From the NCBI RefSeq assembly GCF_001194135.2, contig NC_068987.1:60266963-60330962 (forward strand): DNA of 64,000 bases, read 5' to 3'. The position numbers and the translations under genes were made by a program. The notes beneath the pieces are model-generated. The model was given only the letters and a program-made list of their open reading frames with translations. It made no database searches and had not been told where the DNA came from. The stretch comes from Octopus bimaculoides (Eukaryota). Numbering within the stretch: position 1 is the first letter of the stretch; each line of letters begins with the position of its first letter. This document shows, piece by piece, positions 11,896 to 25,460 of the stretch.

Positions 11896-13914
11896 TCAGT
11901 GTTGACTTTTATCAGTCCTTTTATCATCATAATCACCATCAATCAAGATCATTGATATGGGTTTTGTTTCTTGTGTTTCTCTTTATTCTCCCCAATTTTT
12001 CCATGCTGGCAAAATTAATAATTTATCCCAGGTTAACTCTGATTCAGCAGATGTATAATCAATGGCATTTCACTCCTGACTATCCCATCATTTTTTAGGC
12101 ATAGTATAACTATGTCTGAAAACAATAGATTATTTTTTGAAGGTTATTTGAATACTATTTCTAGCAGATCAATTGACCAAATAAAAATTTCTTTAGGATG
12201 TTTTTTGCCATGTCATTTTCCATCACTCGATATCAGAAGTCAGCATAACAACACTAATTGATATTGTCATATCAAGGCAGTGAGCTGGCAGAACCGTTAA
12301 TATACCAGGCAAAATGCTTAGTGGCATTTCATCCATTTTTCCATTCTGAGATCAAATTCTGCCAAAGTTCACTTTATCTTTCATTCTTTTGGGGGGATTG
12401 ATAAATAAGTACCAGTTGAATTCTGGGATCAATGTAATCAACTTACTTCTGTCCCAAAGTTGCTGGCCTTGTGCCGAAATTTGAAACTAATATTATGTCA
12501 TCTCTTCTCTAAAAGTAAATTACAAAAATGTCTATCTAAAACACTTCCTTCCCAACTTTCCTCTCTTAACCCACAACATTTTTCTCATACATCATGTCAC
12601 TTGATTATGAATTCACTGGTTTTGAGTTCAAAGTCACTAATATAGGTAACATACATAATGCTACCCTCAGTATTCTATCAAGCTTCTGGATTTAGGCAGT
12701 ATTAAGTACCATGTCCTGTTCATAAATAATTTATCCACCATTCATCTATTAGATGACTTCTTGAAGCTCAAATTAAGCTCTGGCCTCTAACTACTACTTA
12801 GTGAAATCATGATAATCATATGTGCATTTTTATAATAATAATTGAGAAAGATATTAGTTATGTTTTCTTTTCTGTTTTTGGCTCGATGTGGAAGATGAGG
12901 CTGTGGGGCATTGCCTTCATAGCTCTCATCATCACCAACACAGCTGAGACTGATGTTGTTGAAGCCTTTTTTGAATAGTTGCATGTTGGATGAAAAAAAA
13001 ACCCCAAAACAGAAAGGTTATTTGGGTATTTCTGAGGGCTGATATTCTGAAATGGAAAGTCTGCTAACTGCAGTTAGAGATTGACATGTTATAGGTGATG
13101 AGAAGAGGATAGATTAGTGAGCCAAAAGATTTTTATTGGAGATGATACAAGATCAGCTAACTCTAAAGAGTAGATAACAAGTAAATATCGTTTTGAATAG
13201 GAGACTATTCAAAGTAACTTTTCCAGTCACTATCAGGAAGCAGCTCGCTTATCCATTGTACAGAGTTGTTTCTTATGACAACGGTGAGCTATAGCTGCAC
13301 TGTCTGCTTAGAGCTAGAACTTGACTGCTAAGAGTTACATATCATGAACAGGGATTAAATATAACACTGGATATGATTTAAACTGCTGATCTCTCAATTA
13401 CTTGTCTGATATTTTATTAATACAGACATCAGTTCACTGAATAGTGATGGCAACAACCTCTATTTTTATTATAATTGAGCAATCTAATGTCAATTAAACT
13501 GTTACTCTTGTTCTTGTTGTTGTCATTTATGTATCTAATCTATCATTATTTTTTCTGAAGCATTGGTCAGCTTGGCTTTATAAAAATCTGACACAGAAAT
13601 AACCAATCAGTAACCTAGTATAACCTCACATGTTCACTCACCCAAACTATAAGATGTTAGCTATGTTTATTCAAACTGAACGCCATCATGTCCATCAATG
13701 CTCAAGCTGTGACCATATCCTTTTTATTATGGTCCTGCTGTTTGAGGTTGGCATTCATAAATTGCAATTTGTGTAGACTGATGATTTTAGTAATGTCCTG
13801 TCATGGATTCAAGAAAACCATTTACTGCTTTAAAAAGTTCTGTCACTATTTCAAATATGGAGGGATGGTTAGTAATAAAAATATAATTACTGGGTTAATC
13901 CCTGTATGTATGTG

Positions 13915-13945
<31 letters not shown>

Positions 13946-14593
13946 GTTTGTTCATTTGTTTTTGTTTTTTTGAGTTGGTTTGTTTGTTTGTGCAGCTCTT
14001 TTCTCTTTCATTACTCTTACTATTCTCCCATCTAACCAAAGTTTTGATTCTAAACGGAAACTGCATTTTTTTTTTTTTTTTTTTTCCATTCTACAATGGG
14101 CATAAGGTCTGAAATATTATGCGAGCAGATTTAGCTGAAAACATCAATCCCAGTGCTTAACTAGCTTTTATTTCATGAACCCCGAACAAATGAAAGACAA
14201 CTGGAAGAAATGATGCCAAACATTTTGTCCAGCATGTTAACAATTCTGCCTGCTTACTACATTCTAAACTGAAGCCATATTGAAGTCCTATCAGTTATGT
14301 CACAAATGAATAATAGGAAAAAGCATAATATCATATATACCCATAATGCATCTTTGTGTCAACTGTGGCTTTCTTATTCCCTTTTTTCCTAAGTCAAAGT
14401 GTTGCAGACATTGACACACAAATCTGGGATGGCGAACATTCTCTTACCATAGCTCGAAAGTAGAACTATAGAACATTCTGCTTCCACGACTGGAATAACT
14501 GAATATCCTATTCTGTTAAGAAATGTAATAACATTTGTATTTTTATTATTCTTATTTTCTTAATATTCTGCTTTCAGAAATATTAAGATTTTC

Positions 14594-14770
14594 TGATCTA
14601 AAAATACTCAGATCTAGAGATTCATAGATCTAAAGACTCTTAGATCAAGAGGTTGATAGACTTAGAGTTTTTAAAAATCTTGATGATCAAGATTTAAAGA
14701 TTTAGAGTTTTACAGACATTGGTGTTCGTAGATTTAAAGATTAATAGATCTTATGTATTGTAGTTTTAAA
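14594..14770. repeat. Degenerate ~16-bp tandem repeat (AGATCTAAAGATT..T)
   Basis: Units agatctagagattcat, agatctaaagactctt, agatcaagaggttgat, agacttagagttttta ... agatttaaagattaat, agatcttatgtattgt. Confidence 0.65.
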
Positions 14771-16982
14771 GTGGGTCAAAGAAATATCCAAATGTGTATA
14801 GTGTGTGACTTAATCAGAGGTTCATGACATAAATAGAAATCCTCACTGAATGTTGCTGATGTTCAATTTGTTGTATCAATATAAATGCATTCTTTTAAGG
14901 CAGCTAGCTGGCAGAATTGTTAGCATGCTGGGCAGTATGTTTAGCAGCATTTCGTCTGTCTTTACATTCTGATTTCAAATGCCACTAACGTCAACTTTGC
15001 TTTTAATCCTCTCTGGGTTGATAAAATAAGTACCAGTTGAGCATTGGGATTAATTTAATCAACTTACCCACTCCCCCAGAGTTGCTGGCCTTGTGCTAAA
15101 ATTTGAAACCAATATAAATGCATTCTTTACAACATCTAGTTTGACACTTCCCTGTTCCAAATTCTTGTTGTCAAATGGTTTATTTTCTTATTTACTATTC
15201 CGAGATTGTAAATAATGGTTTCAGATTTCAGCACAAGGCCAGCAGTTTTGAGGAGAAAAGAAATGGTCAATATCAACACTCCTGGTCTTGAGTGCTACTT
15301 TATTTTATCAATCCCAGAGAGCTGAAAAGTAAAGCTACTCTCAACTGGATTTGAACTCAGAAAGTAAAGAGCCAGAACAAATGCAGCAAAGATTTTTTTT
15401 CTGTTACTCTAACAATCCTGCCAGTCTGCTGCCTTCCAAGATCAGTAATAATCGTTTCTACTATATGCACAAGGCCAGCAAGTTAAGGGAAGGGGACTAG
15501 TTGATTACATTGACCCCAGTGTTCAATTGGTATTTAATTTACTGACCCCAAGAGGATGGAAGGCAAAGTTGACCTCAGCAGAACTTGAACTCAGAGCATA
15601 AAGATGAACAAAATGCTGCTAAGCATCTTGCGAGTGTGCTAACAATTCTGCCAGCTCAATGCTTTTTCAAGATCAGTTATAATAAAATTAAATACAAGTT
15701 ACCTAAAAGGACCCTTTGAATAAATTTCTATATTTTCAGCATCTTCTTCTGTGTAAAACTGTCATAGAACCTTCTCAAACTAAATACAAGATAATTATTT
15801 TGGGTGACTAAGTTTTCATATTACTGTTTATAAATCTAAAAACAGTAATATATAAAGATTGAATTGAAAAACACTTTTGGATAAAAAAAGTTGAAGGCTG
15901 CCCATGTGACTTTTCCCATCTAAATGGGATTTTCAGTGCAATATTTACAAGCTATTCTTTATAGCTTTATATGTACTTCAAGATCCAGTTTCAAAAAGGA
16001 ATTATTTCACATTCCCTTGAAAGTTCAAAAATACATATGACATCAACAAAATACAAAATACTTTTGAAAGTAGATATCAGCAGATATCAATATGGTTCCT
16101 TTCTTATACCACGATATACTCACTCAATAAACAAAGAATGATTGGAATCATGGTCTTAGTTAAATGTTTGCAACACAGTGTTCAGATTGGTAGTATGTCT
16201 AGTGATACAGAACCAAGTGTAATAGATGCCATTCTCTGTAATGTATTATTCTTATTTTTCACTCCATGTGAAAGGATTTTGCTTTTATTTTATGATTTAT
16301 ATTGTAGAACATCTCCATTAGAATATTAATTCAGAATATAATATTTCTTAATCTCATTCTATCAGATTTTCCAATACGATATATTGCATTTTATTCACAC
16401 AATATAGTTTTTGTTGTTGTTTAACTCCAGGACAGCCCTGATGAAATAGACTTTGATCAAAGACAATCTGTCTATGACTGTCCATTCCATTTGGAGACAT
16501 CTAGGATTACATTATCTAAAGGATGTCCCATCCCCACATTTCTTTTGAAGATGGTGGAGTGTAATTTGAGGATGTTTAATTTGCTATTTCTAGCAAGTTG
16601 AGTGACTTATTAATTCATTACAGTATAGTTGTCTTGACATCTGAGCACCATGAGGAGAATGTAGTCTTTAAGCTCCTGCAGTACTTAGTCTACAATAACA
16701 GTCTGATTCCTAGTCTATCCTTTCCAATTCACCTCTTATGTTAGCAAATTTGGAAACAGAATATACTAACACTTTTCTAATCATTGTGACTATGGCTTAG
16801 GTATCGTAGTTATTGCTACAGTTCCAGACTCTCACCTATTTTCTAAAGGCTTTTTTTATGATACATTATCATTATCATCATTACTATAGTAGAAGACACT
16901 TGGCAAAGTTGGCATGCAGTGGGACTAAACCCAGAACCATGTGGTTGGTAAGCAAGCTACTTACCACACAGCCACTCCTGCA

Positions 16983-17026
<44 letters not shown>

Positions 17027-17110
17027 GAATTTACAAAAAAACAAAAGATGATGACGAGTGTGTAAAAAACAAACAGATGTATTAGTTTAATGCTCTGGAA
17101 GTGAGAAAGT

Positions 17111-17146
17111 CTTTTACATTTTGAGCCTACACTCTTCGACAGAAAG
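17111..17146 (-). ncRNA. Decayed minimal type I hammerhead ribozyme
   Basis: Minus strand: CTTT-CTGTCGA-A-GAG(TGTAGG)CTC-AAAA-TGT-A-AAAG. Stems I and II pair perfectly; CGAAACGT appears CpG-decayed to CAAAATGT. Confidence 0.55.
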
Positions 17147-17326
17147 GAACACAGAAATAAACAGGGAGAGAAAATCGAAATAGAAAAAGGTATAGTGGCT
17201 AGCGCTCTATCATGGCAAATATATTGATAATAGTAATGGTATGACAACAAAAGAATGAATGAGACCTCGATATTATGTAAATAGAGGAATTTATCTGTAA
17301 TATATGTGACAATTATTCGGTTGCCA

Positions 17327-17389
17327 TAATAAAACTCTGAGTTTTGGATGTTGGGGCAGAAATCTGCTCTGGCATCTCATCAGTTATTA
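17327..17389 (-). ncRNA. Type I hammerhead motif, probably inactive (GAAA to AAAA)
   Basis: Mirror copy of 17417-17479 with CATCC-AAAA in place of CATCT-GAAA. Confidence 0.7.
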
Positions 17390-17416
17390 AGACAAGCAAA
17401 AATTTTTTGATTGTCT

Positions 17417-17479
17417 TAATAACTGATGAGATGCCGGAGCAGATTTCTGCCCCAACATCTGAAACTCAGAGTTTTATTA
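17417..17479 (+). ncRNA. Type I hammerhead ribozyme with intact core
   Basis: TAATAA (stem I) CTGATGA GATG..GCAG-attt-CTGC..CATC t GAAA CT-cag-AG T T TTATTA (stem I'); predicted GUU cleavage after 17473. Confidence 0.8.
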
Positions 17480-17529
17480 TGGCAACCGAATAATTGTCAC
17501 ATATNNNNNNNNNNNNNNNNNNNNNNNNN

Positions 17530-17567
<38 letters not shown>

Positions 17568-18780
17568 GAAATAATGGATACATCCTGTATCGCTCCCTCA
17601 CAGGTGGGAAACTATATGATAAATTACAGTGCATCTCTTGGTGCAGAAGCATCCCATCAGGTGATGCAACACAGTTTCTCATTACATAAATAATGTTTCG
17701 CTCTTAATTTTAACTGTTGACAGTTGTTGTATCTAAAATATATTGAGAAGGAATGACAAAAAATGCACCTCCTGTTTAATCTCTCATATTTGTATGAAAC
17801 CAATCGAAGTGTAATGTCTGTCAGACTATAACACATTTCTCAAAGGAGCATTAGTTAACTTAAATTGATTCTCAGATTAAATTCTATATTGGAATTCCTA
17901 TTTTTATTTCTTTATCTTCACATTTTTCTTTTCTCCCCTTCTTTTTTTTTGGACTTTTCTTCTATAGTTTCACATTGCATTTATTAGAAAATTTCTTATT
18001 CCATGTAGTTCCTGAAAACTATTTCCTTTCATTAGATATAAGTTCCTGAAACAGACTTAATTAAAATTTTTTTTTTTTTTTTTTAGAAATTTTAGTTATT
18101 TATTTTTAATCTTCCTTTATAGATTTTAATCAACAAATACTTTAGAATGATTCCATGTGAAGAAATATAACTTATCCTTACACTGATTCATCACTGAAAT
18201 CCCAGCTAACCTTCAAAAAGGGATTTTAGAAAAGATATGCTGGGATAGATTTTCCTATTGCTTTCTGTAGATTTATAACTTAAGGCTACTCCCCAAATAT
18301 ACAACTCTCCTGCTGATTATAGCAGTAAGTCATATATCTTTACCATAAAATTTACAGCTATTTACAATGAGCCAGTCAAGGAGATCTACATATATGTATT
18401 GGGGAGCAGGCATGCTGAACTGCTAAGTTACAGGGGGCATAAACACACCAGCATTGACTGTCAAGCCTCATCCTCAAACACAGACACAAAGGCATACATA
18501 TGCATGTATACATATATATTACAGCCTTCTTTCAGTTTCCATCTACCAAATCCACTCACAAGGCTTTGGTCAGCCCAAAGCTATTGTAGACAACACTTAC
18601 CCAAGATGCCACACAGTGGGACTGAACCCAGAACCACGTGGTCGGAAAGCAAGCTGCTTACCAAACAATCACTCCTAATTATCAATACACAAACTAAGAA
18701 ATAAAATAAAAACAAAAATTATTTTCTTCCAATTTTTATTTATATTTTGTTTATTTCATTTTCTTCTTTTTCTTCTTCTT

Positions 18781-19385
<605 letters not shown>

Positions 19386-19630
19386 TATTATTATCATTAT
19401 TATCATTATTATTATCAAAGCAGCGAGCTGTCAGAATCATTAGCATCCTGGACGAAATGCTTTACGATATTTTATCCATCGCTACATTCTGAGTTCAAAT
19501 TTCACCAAGGTCGACTTTGTCTTTCATCCTTTCAGGGTTGATAAATTAAGTACCAGAGAAACACCGGGGTTGATGTAATCAACTAGTCCCCTCCCTCCAA
19601 ATCTCAAGCTTTGTGCTTTCAGTAGAAAAG

Positions 19631-19680
<50 letters not shown>

Positions 19681-20430
19681 TATTATCATTTATTATTATT
19701 ATTACTATTATCGGTAGAAATATTCTTAGAGAAACATTGAGAAAAGAGTTGATAGTAATTGCTTGTTATTTGGGTGACTGTATAATGCTGAGAGTAAAGA
19801 AAAAAGTCTCATTTTGAGAGAGAAATTGCCAAGAGAGTTCTAGTGGCATTGTATATGTTATCCCTGATCAAAGACATATAGTACTTAGGTGAGAAATTAA
19901 GAACATTGTGCTTCACAGAAGAGAAGATTAATGTGTAATTCACATTGAGAAATGTTTGGTGTAAAGACAAACAGCTCTAATCATACCAGTAGGGCAACAA
20001 AAAAAAAACATACGAATAATGGTAATAACAATGATGATGATAATGATGATGATGATGATTACACTGACAATGACAGTGACAATGATGGTTATGATGATGT
20101 TGACACAATGATGGTAGCAACAGCGATGATGATGATGATGAAGAAGATAATGATGACGATGATGACGATGAGGACAATAACAAACATATTGATGGTGATG
20201 ATAACAATGATGATGGTGACAATGATCGTTAGACAAAATCAGACAAAAAGTTTGATGCCATTTCTTCCATCTTTATGTGCTGAGTTTAACTTCTACCAAG
20301 GAAAGCTTTGCCTTTCTGTCCTTTCAAGATCAATAAAGCAAGTAGCAGTCATGCACTGGGGTTAATGTAATTGACCGGCCTCCTCCCCAAAATTTCAGGC
20401 TTTATGCTCATAGCAGAAAGGATGATTATT

Positions 20431-20475
<45 letters not shown>

Positions 20476-20477
20476 TC

Positions 20478-23160
20478 TTTATCACAGGTTCTGCTGGAGC
20501 TCCTGGAGTCTCGCATGCATAGCAGACTTACTACCTGCAGCCTACGGTACCATGCTATTCATTCTTTTCAGCTATCTAATTACTTTCCTGATTATTCTGG
20601 CCATGCCAAGGAGGCAAACCTTTTGTAACAGTTCTACTGGGTACTTTATTCCAATTTCCTTTATATTCTTCGTGATGCATTCTGATATTGTTCCCAAGGA
20701 CTCAACAATAATTGGTTCTATCTTCATCTTCATTTTCCATAGCCGGGCTATTTTGTACTTAACAGGGTTGTATCTCTCAATCTTTTCACCTTCCTTCTTG
20801 ACATTTCATGGGTCAAAGAGGCATACAATATCAACTATATAGCATATGTGTTTCACCTTGTGCACCACCACTAGGTTCAGTCTGTTACGCTCTAGCACCT
20901 GATCTGTTTGGATTGGGAAATCCCAGAAGATTTTGCTGGTCTCTGATTCTGCCATTCTCTGCTCAAACCATGTCTGGCCTCTCTCTAGCCCCCACTTTTC
21001 GCAGTTTCCAATGTAGCACTTTCGCTACCTGGTCATGTTGCTACAACTTGTAGTGGTTTGGGGTAAGTCTAGGGCATTCATTCGTAGTATGAGCTATGGT
21101 TTCATCCACTCTATTGCAGAAGCAACACAGCGGAGACACTTGCTCATTCCTAAGATTGACCTTCCAGCTCCTGGTCAAAGTTTGGTCCTGCACTGCCAGT
21201 ATAGTGCTTTCAGTTTCGTTTTCTGAGGTTCCTTTCATCAGTCAATCCATTCTATTTTTTCCAGCAACTTCTGTTGTGGCTACATGAAAATGATTGTGGA
21301 GCCCCTTCTTGCATAATTCTTCATGTCCTTTTTGTACTTTTTCCTTTCTTTTTCTTTTTTTCGCTGCTTTCAATACTTACTTGTTTCTAACTGTCACTAG
21401 CAACTTTCTTTACCTTGGGCTAGATATCTCATTAAGCTCTCCAGTTTGATACGTACGCAGTCTTCCACACTTATCTGTCCCCTTCTCCCATTTGCTCTTT
21501 TCATGTATAGGCGATCAGTGTCTGCACATGGGTGATGGGCCCCATGCATCATTAGGAGTTTTCTTGACTTCCTGTCCATCTCCTTTAGCTCCACTTTGTC
21601 CACTTCACGATTCCAGTGCCATAACAAACTACTGTGACTGTGCACAAGTTTATTGCCAAAATTATGTTTCTGGTATTCAACTTTGAAGTTAATATTTTTC
21701 TCACTTACCACAGGTATTCTCTTTTTGTCTTTTCCTTCATGTTGTGGTGTTCGATTCCATCTGCCTTGAGTATTCCCAGGTATTTATAGCTGGATTGAGG
21801 TTGAATTGCCTTTATCATTTCTCATCAGTGCCTTCTCTCCTGGCAAGCATTCCTCATCTCATCAACCATCGTAGCACATTTTGAGAGTCCAAACTCCATC
21901 TTAATATCATTGGAGAAAATCTGCACAGACTGGACTAGGCTGTCCAGTTCTGCCTCAGTTTTTGTGAATAGTTCCAGGTCATCCATGAATAGCAAGTGGT
22001 TTAGTTTTCCTCTTACCTCTTCCCAGATCATACCCCAACTTTGTTTTCTATAGTATTTCACTCAAGGGGATCATTTCTAGCATGAATATCAGTGGAGACA
22101 CACTCTCCTTATGGAAGATTCCTCTCTAGATTTTCACCTCTCCTAGTACTTGTTTCCCTGCTGTCAATTCTGTTCTCCAGCATTTCATGCTATTCCATAT
22201 AAGGCTTCTTATATTCTCTACTACTCCATACATTTCCATTGTTTATATTATCCAGGAGTGTGGTATCATATCATAGGCTTTGCGATAATCAACCCATGCC
22301 ATGCTCAGGTTTGTATGTCTTCTCTTGCAGATCCTGATAATTAGATTATCAATTAAGAGCTGATCCTTTGTTTGCCAGCTCCTTTTTCGGCCCCCTTTCT
22401 GTTTAATGGGTAGCAGTCCACTTTTCTCCAAGTATCTGTACAGTTCACTTGCCAATGCACCTGGCATTAGGTTCCATATTAGTGGAAGGCATGTTATTGG
22501 TCTAAAGTTGGATGCAACATTTCCCTTTTCAGGATCCTTGGCACATAATGTTTTCTCTTTTGTCATCCAGCTGGGTACTGTGCCTTCCTGCAAGCACTCA
22601 TCTAGCATTGGTGCTATCCTTTCATGGAGCTCTCTCAGCTTCTTCATCCAATACTCTTAGACCCCATCCGGTCCTGGGATCTTCCAATTTGGGAATTTTC
22701 TTAACTGCTTTTTTATCATTTCTGTAGTTATTTTTATGTCTTCTTGGACTTCTATATTTCTTAACCTATCTTGGATTTCATGCTGCCGCTCTGCTTCATC
22801 ATTATGCTCTATAGATTGGTCCCAGATCCCTCTCCAGAATACCTTGCTTTCCTCTGCATCTGGTAATCATTGTTGCGTGTATTTGCCCATCTAGTTCCTG
22901 AAACAGTTTCTTCTGATTTGCTTCAGTCTGCTTTGCCTGAATTGTCTTTTTCTATTGTCATATCTTTCCAGTTTTGCTTTGATTGCTACTACTCTTTGTT
23001 TCAATTCTTCCAATATTATATCATAACCTTCATCTCTTATACTAAATGTTTTTCCAGTATTATTCTTATACTTTCATTCTGCAATTCCCCTCTTCTCAAT
23101 CTATCAACTTGTCCTAAATGTCTTTTTAACTTTGTTTCTTTCTCACAAATTCGTCTATGC
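20478..23160 (-). pseudogene. Decayed R4/Dong-type non-LTR retrotransposon ORF (RT, CCHC zinc knuckle, RLE endonuclease), 5'-truncated
   Basis: Motifs PGPDG, NFRPITCLPLIW, WVDYRKAYDMIPHSWI, RGIFHKESVSP, NHLLFMDDL, RLYMKRANG, ETESTILAVQDQ, CCFCNRVDETIAHTTNEC, NRLNLVVV..IVDI..EKIERY and LQKVCLLGMARIIRKVIR* (stop 20572-20574); several stops, frameshifts and deletions. Confidence 0.92.
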
Positions 23161-23169
23161 CAGTTTAGT

Positions 23170-23762
23170 ATTAGCATCATCATTATTATTATTGAGTAAG
23201 AGCACAGCACAAGCCATCAAAGTGACACTGGGGTACAAATATACGAAGTTCAGTATACTCATCATGACTAACCATCTGATAAGAGTACACCAGGCACATG
23301 CATGGCATACAACAAGGTGATTTCATATCAAGATAAACAGCACATGACCTCGCAGGTGGAGCTGTGTAAGAATTTTCTTCAGGTCAAGTAGCCCATCTTG
23401 CTCAAAAGATGTCTGACTAAGGGTTATTTAAGGATGATGGACAAAACACTCATGTTTCCAGAGGTAAATTATTCAAACCCCAAAGAATTCCTCTCAACAC
23501 ACGTCTATGATGCTCCCCAACTACTTCTGCTCGTGATCAGAGATGCACATATCGTCAGCCACTAAGGGACATGTTCAAATGGTTAAGGTCAAGCAACTGA
23601 CAGGTAAGTCTGTGGTATAGAGGAGAATATCTGCTGTGGCTTATCTTTTATACCAAGACAAAACATACATGATAATACTTCCAATTAGTTAAGATCAAAA
23701 GCCATGAGAGCCACTGCAGTACCTCATGATTGTGACCTCGATGCTCTAACCAGTGAGTCATA
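23170..23762 (-). mobile_element. Repeat family F (~550 bp, (AAT)n tail) with a family-D tRNA A-box head attached
   Basis: Body is shared with 2620-2910 and 61140-61250; 23723-23762 reads ATGACTCACTGGTTAGAGCATCGAGGTCACAATCATGAG on the minus strand. Confidence 0.65.
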
Positions 23763-24745
23763 GATGTGTGTGTGAGTGTGTGTGTGTGTATGTATACACA
23801 TGCACACACATATATATGGTTTGATAAATGTGCTTAATTTCTGTCATCAATCTGTATTAATGTAGGATGTAAATATCAGAGAGAAGATTGGAAAATTGAT
23901 GCTATTTATCTGATGTGTTCCTGTTGATATTTGTTCAGTGCATGTATTCCTCCTCTCACAATCAAACATGTGGCATCTCAGGAAATGACTTATTGCAAAG
24001 CTGTAACAAACAATACCGTTTAGTTCCAATTGTGATAGAAAATAAGACTGTCGTGGGATGCAAGCAGAACAGTGAGAATTCAAACAATAAGTTATCTTTT
24101 CATCCTGAATACATCCTGGCCAATTCATAAGTAAATATCTGATTCTTTTATTTTAATTTTTTTTATCCCTTTCGACAATGTGTCTTCAAAAAAGATGGAA
24201 TATTTATGACTAAAACCCCTTTGATTAATCAGTAAAGAAGTGGAGCTAAACAACTATAAAAGTATCAATATTAGCAACAAATATAAGAAATGTTTATGCA
24301 ATATTAGCAACAGCAGCAAAAAAATTAACTTATAGCCTTAAATATTTAGTAATTCACTGAAAAATCTTGTATCTGATGTCATGAAAATCTTATGAAATGC
24401 TATCAACTACAATAAATCATATAAATAATATATTATATAAAGCTGCTATTTTCAATAATAATTATGTTCACAGTACAGTACAACTTTTCCCACTTTTTCC
24501 TTGTTTGTTTTTCTGCAATGCCTCTGAGAATATCCAGAATCTCTCAATCAGTTTACTTTCTTTCCTTTTCTTTTCATTTTTTTTTTGCTTGTTTGTTTTG
24601 TTTTGCTCTTCATTCACAGATGTTGCATGTCATCTATAAAACGTTTTTTTATTCCCAGGTGAGGATATAGGAATCAAATTATGTAGATTATATATCAGGA
24701 AGTTAAGCACTTCTACGACACTATTCCAATTCTAATTTCTGTTAA

Positions 24746-24776
<31 letters not shown>

Positions 24777-25060
24777 AGACATATACAAGCAGGAGGAAAT
24801 TCCTCCATCTAAAACATTTCTACATCTATGTTAGAATATTTGAATCCATATCAAATAGAAAAATGCATCTTGCAATAATTAACTTTAGTAACCTACAGAG
24901 TAACGGAAATTTTCATCAAATGTGTTGCACTTCTCTTCTCTTTTTTTTTCTTTAAGTTTGAACTTTTAAAAGGATGAAACAGAGAGAAAAATGAACACTC
25001 TGAAATTTAAATTATGCAGCAAAAATATTTATCAATTTTAATGTAAAATTCAGTTTCAGT

Positions 25061-25460
25061 TTTTACTCTTTTACTTGTTTCAGTCATTTGACTGTGGCCA
25101 TGCTGGAGCACCGCCTTTAGTCGAGCAAATCGACCCCAGGACTTATTCTTTGTAAGCCTAGTACTTATTCTATCAGTCTCTTTTTGCCGAACCACTAAGA
25201 TACGGGGACGTAAACACACCAACATCGATGTTGGGAGGACAAACACAGACACACAAGCATATACACACATACATACATATATACATATATATACATATAT
25301 ACGACGGGCTCCTTTCAGTTTCCATCTACCAAATCCTCTCACAAGGCTTTGGTCGGCCCGAGGCTATAGTAGAAGACACTTGCCCAAGGTGCCACGCAGT
25401 GGGACTGAACCTGGAACCATGTGGTTGGTAAGCAAGCTACTTACCACATAGCCACTCTTG
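25061..25460 (-). mobile_element. tRNA-headed SINE family B (CORE-like), near full length
   Basis: Head GAGTGGCT.TGTGGTAAGTAGCTTGC…GGTTCAGTCCC, CORE-like CACCTTGGGCAAGTGTCTTCTACTATAG, internal (TA/TG)n, tail GAAACAAGTAAAAGAG. Other copies at ~16880, 18410, 26150, 31585, 34890, 41810, 42290, 47840, 52470, 60620 and 63830. Confidence 0.85.

Larger units (their letters stand above)
17023..17504. mobile_element. Penelope-like element terminal fragment carrying three hammerhead motifs, between (TA)n tracts
   Basis: Contains hammerhead motifs at 17111-17146 (-), 17327-17389 (-) and 17417-17479 (+); flanked by (TA)n on both sides. PLE assignment is inferred from hammerhead type; no RT or GIY-YIG sequence is seen. 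Confidence 0.6.
17302..17504. repeat. 94-bp inverted repeat (17302-17395 / 17411-17504), 15-nt spacer
   Basis: Arms differ at only three positions. Confidence 0.97.

Noticed and set aside
12886-12978. Signal-peptide-like ORF MWKMRLWGIAFIALIITNTAETDVVEAFFE
   Set aside because: Only 30 codons, with no splice donor or homology; expected by chance.
17685-17725. Minus-strand CTGTCAA...GAAACATT
   Set aside because: Neither stem I nor the base of stem II pairs.
21205-21245. Minus-strand CTGATGA...GAAA inside the LINE (also ~21825)
   Set aside because: Falls in LINE coding sequence (LMKGT..E.ETES); no pairing stems.
20478-23160. Functional reverse transcriptase gene
   Set aside because: Multiple stops, frameshifts and internal deletions; 5'-truncated.
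23915-24130. 71-aa ORF with an acceptor-like start (CMYSSSHNQTCG...)
   Set aside because: No recognisable domain; an overlapping minus ORF of similar length exists, so it cannot be distinguished from noise.
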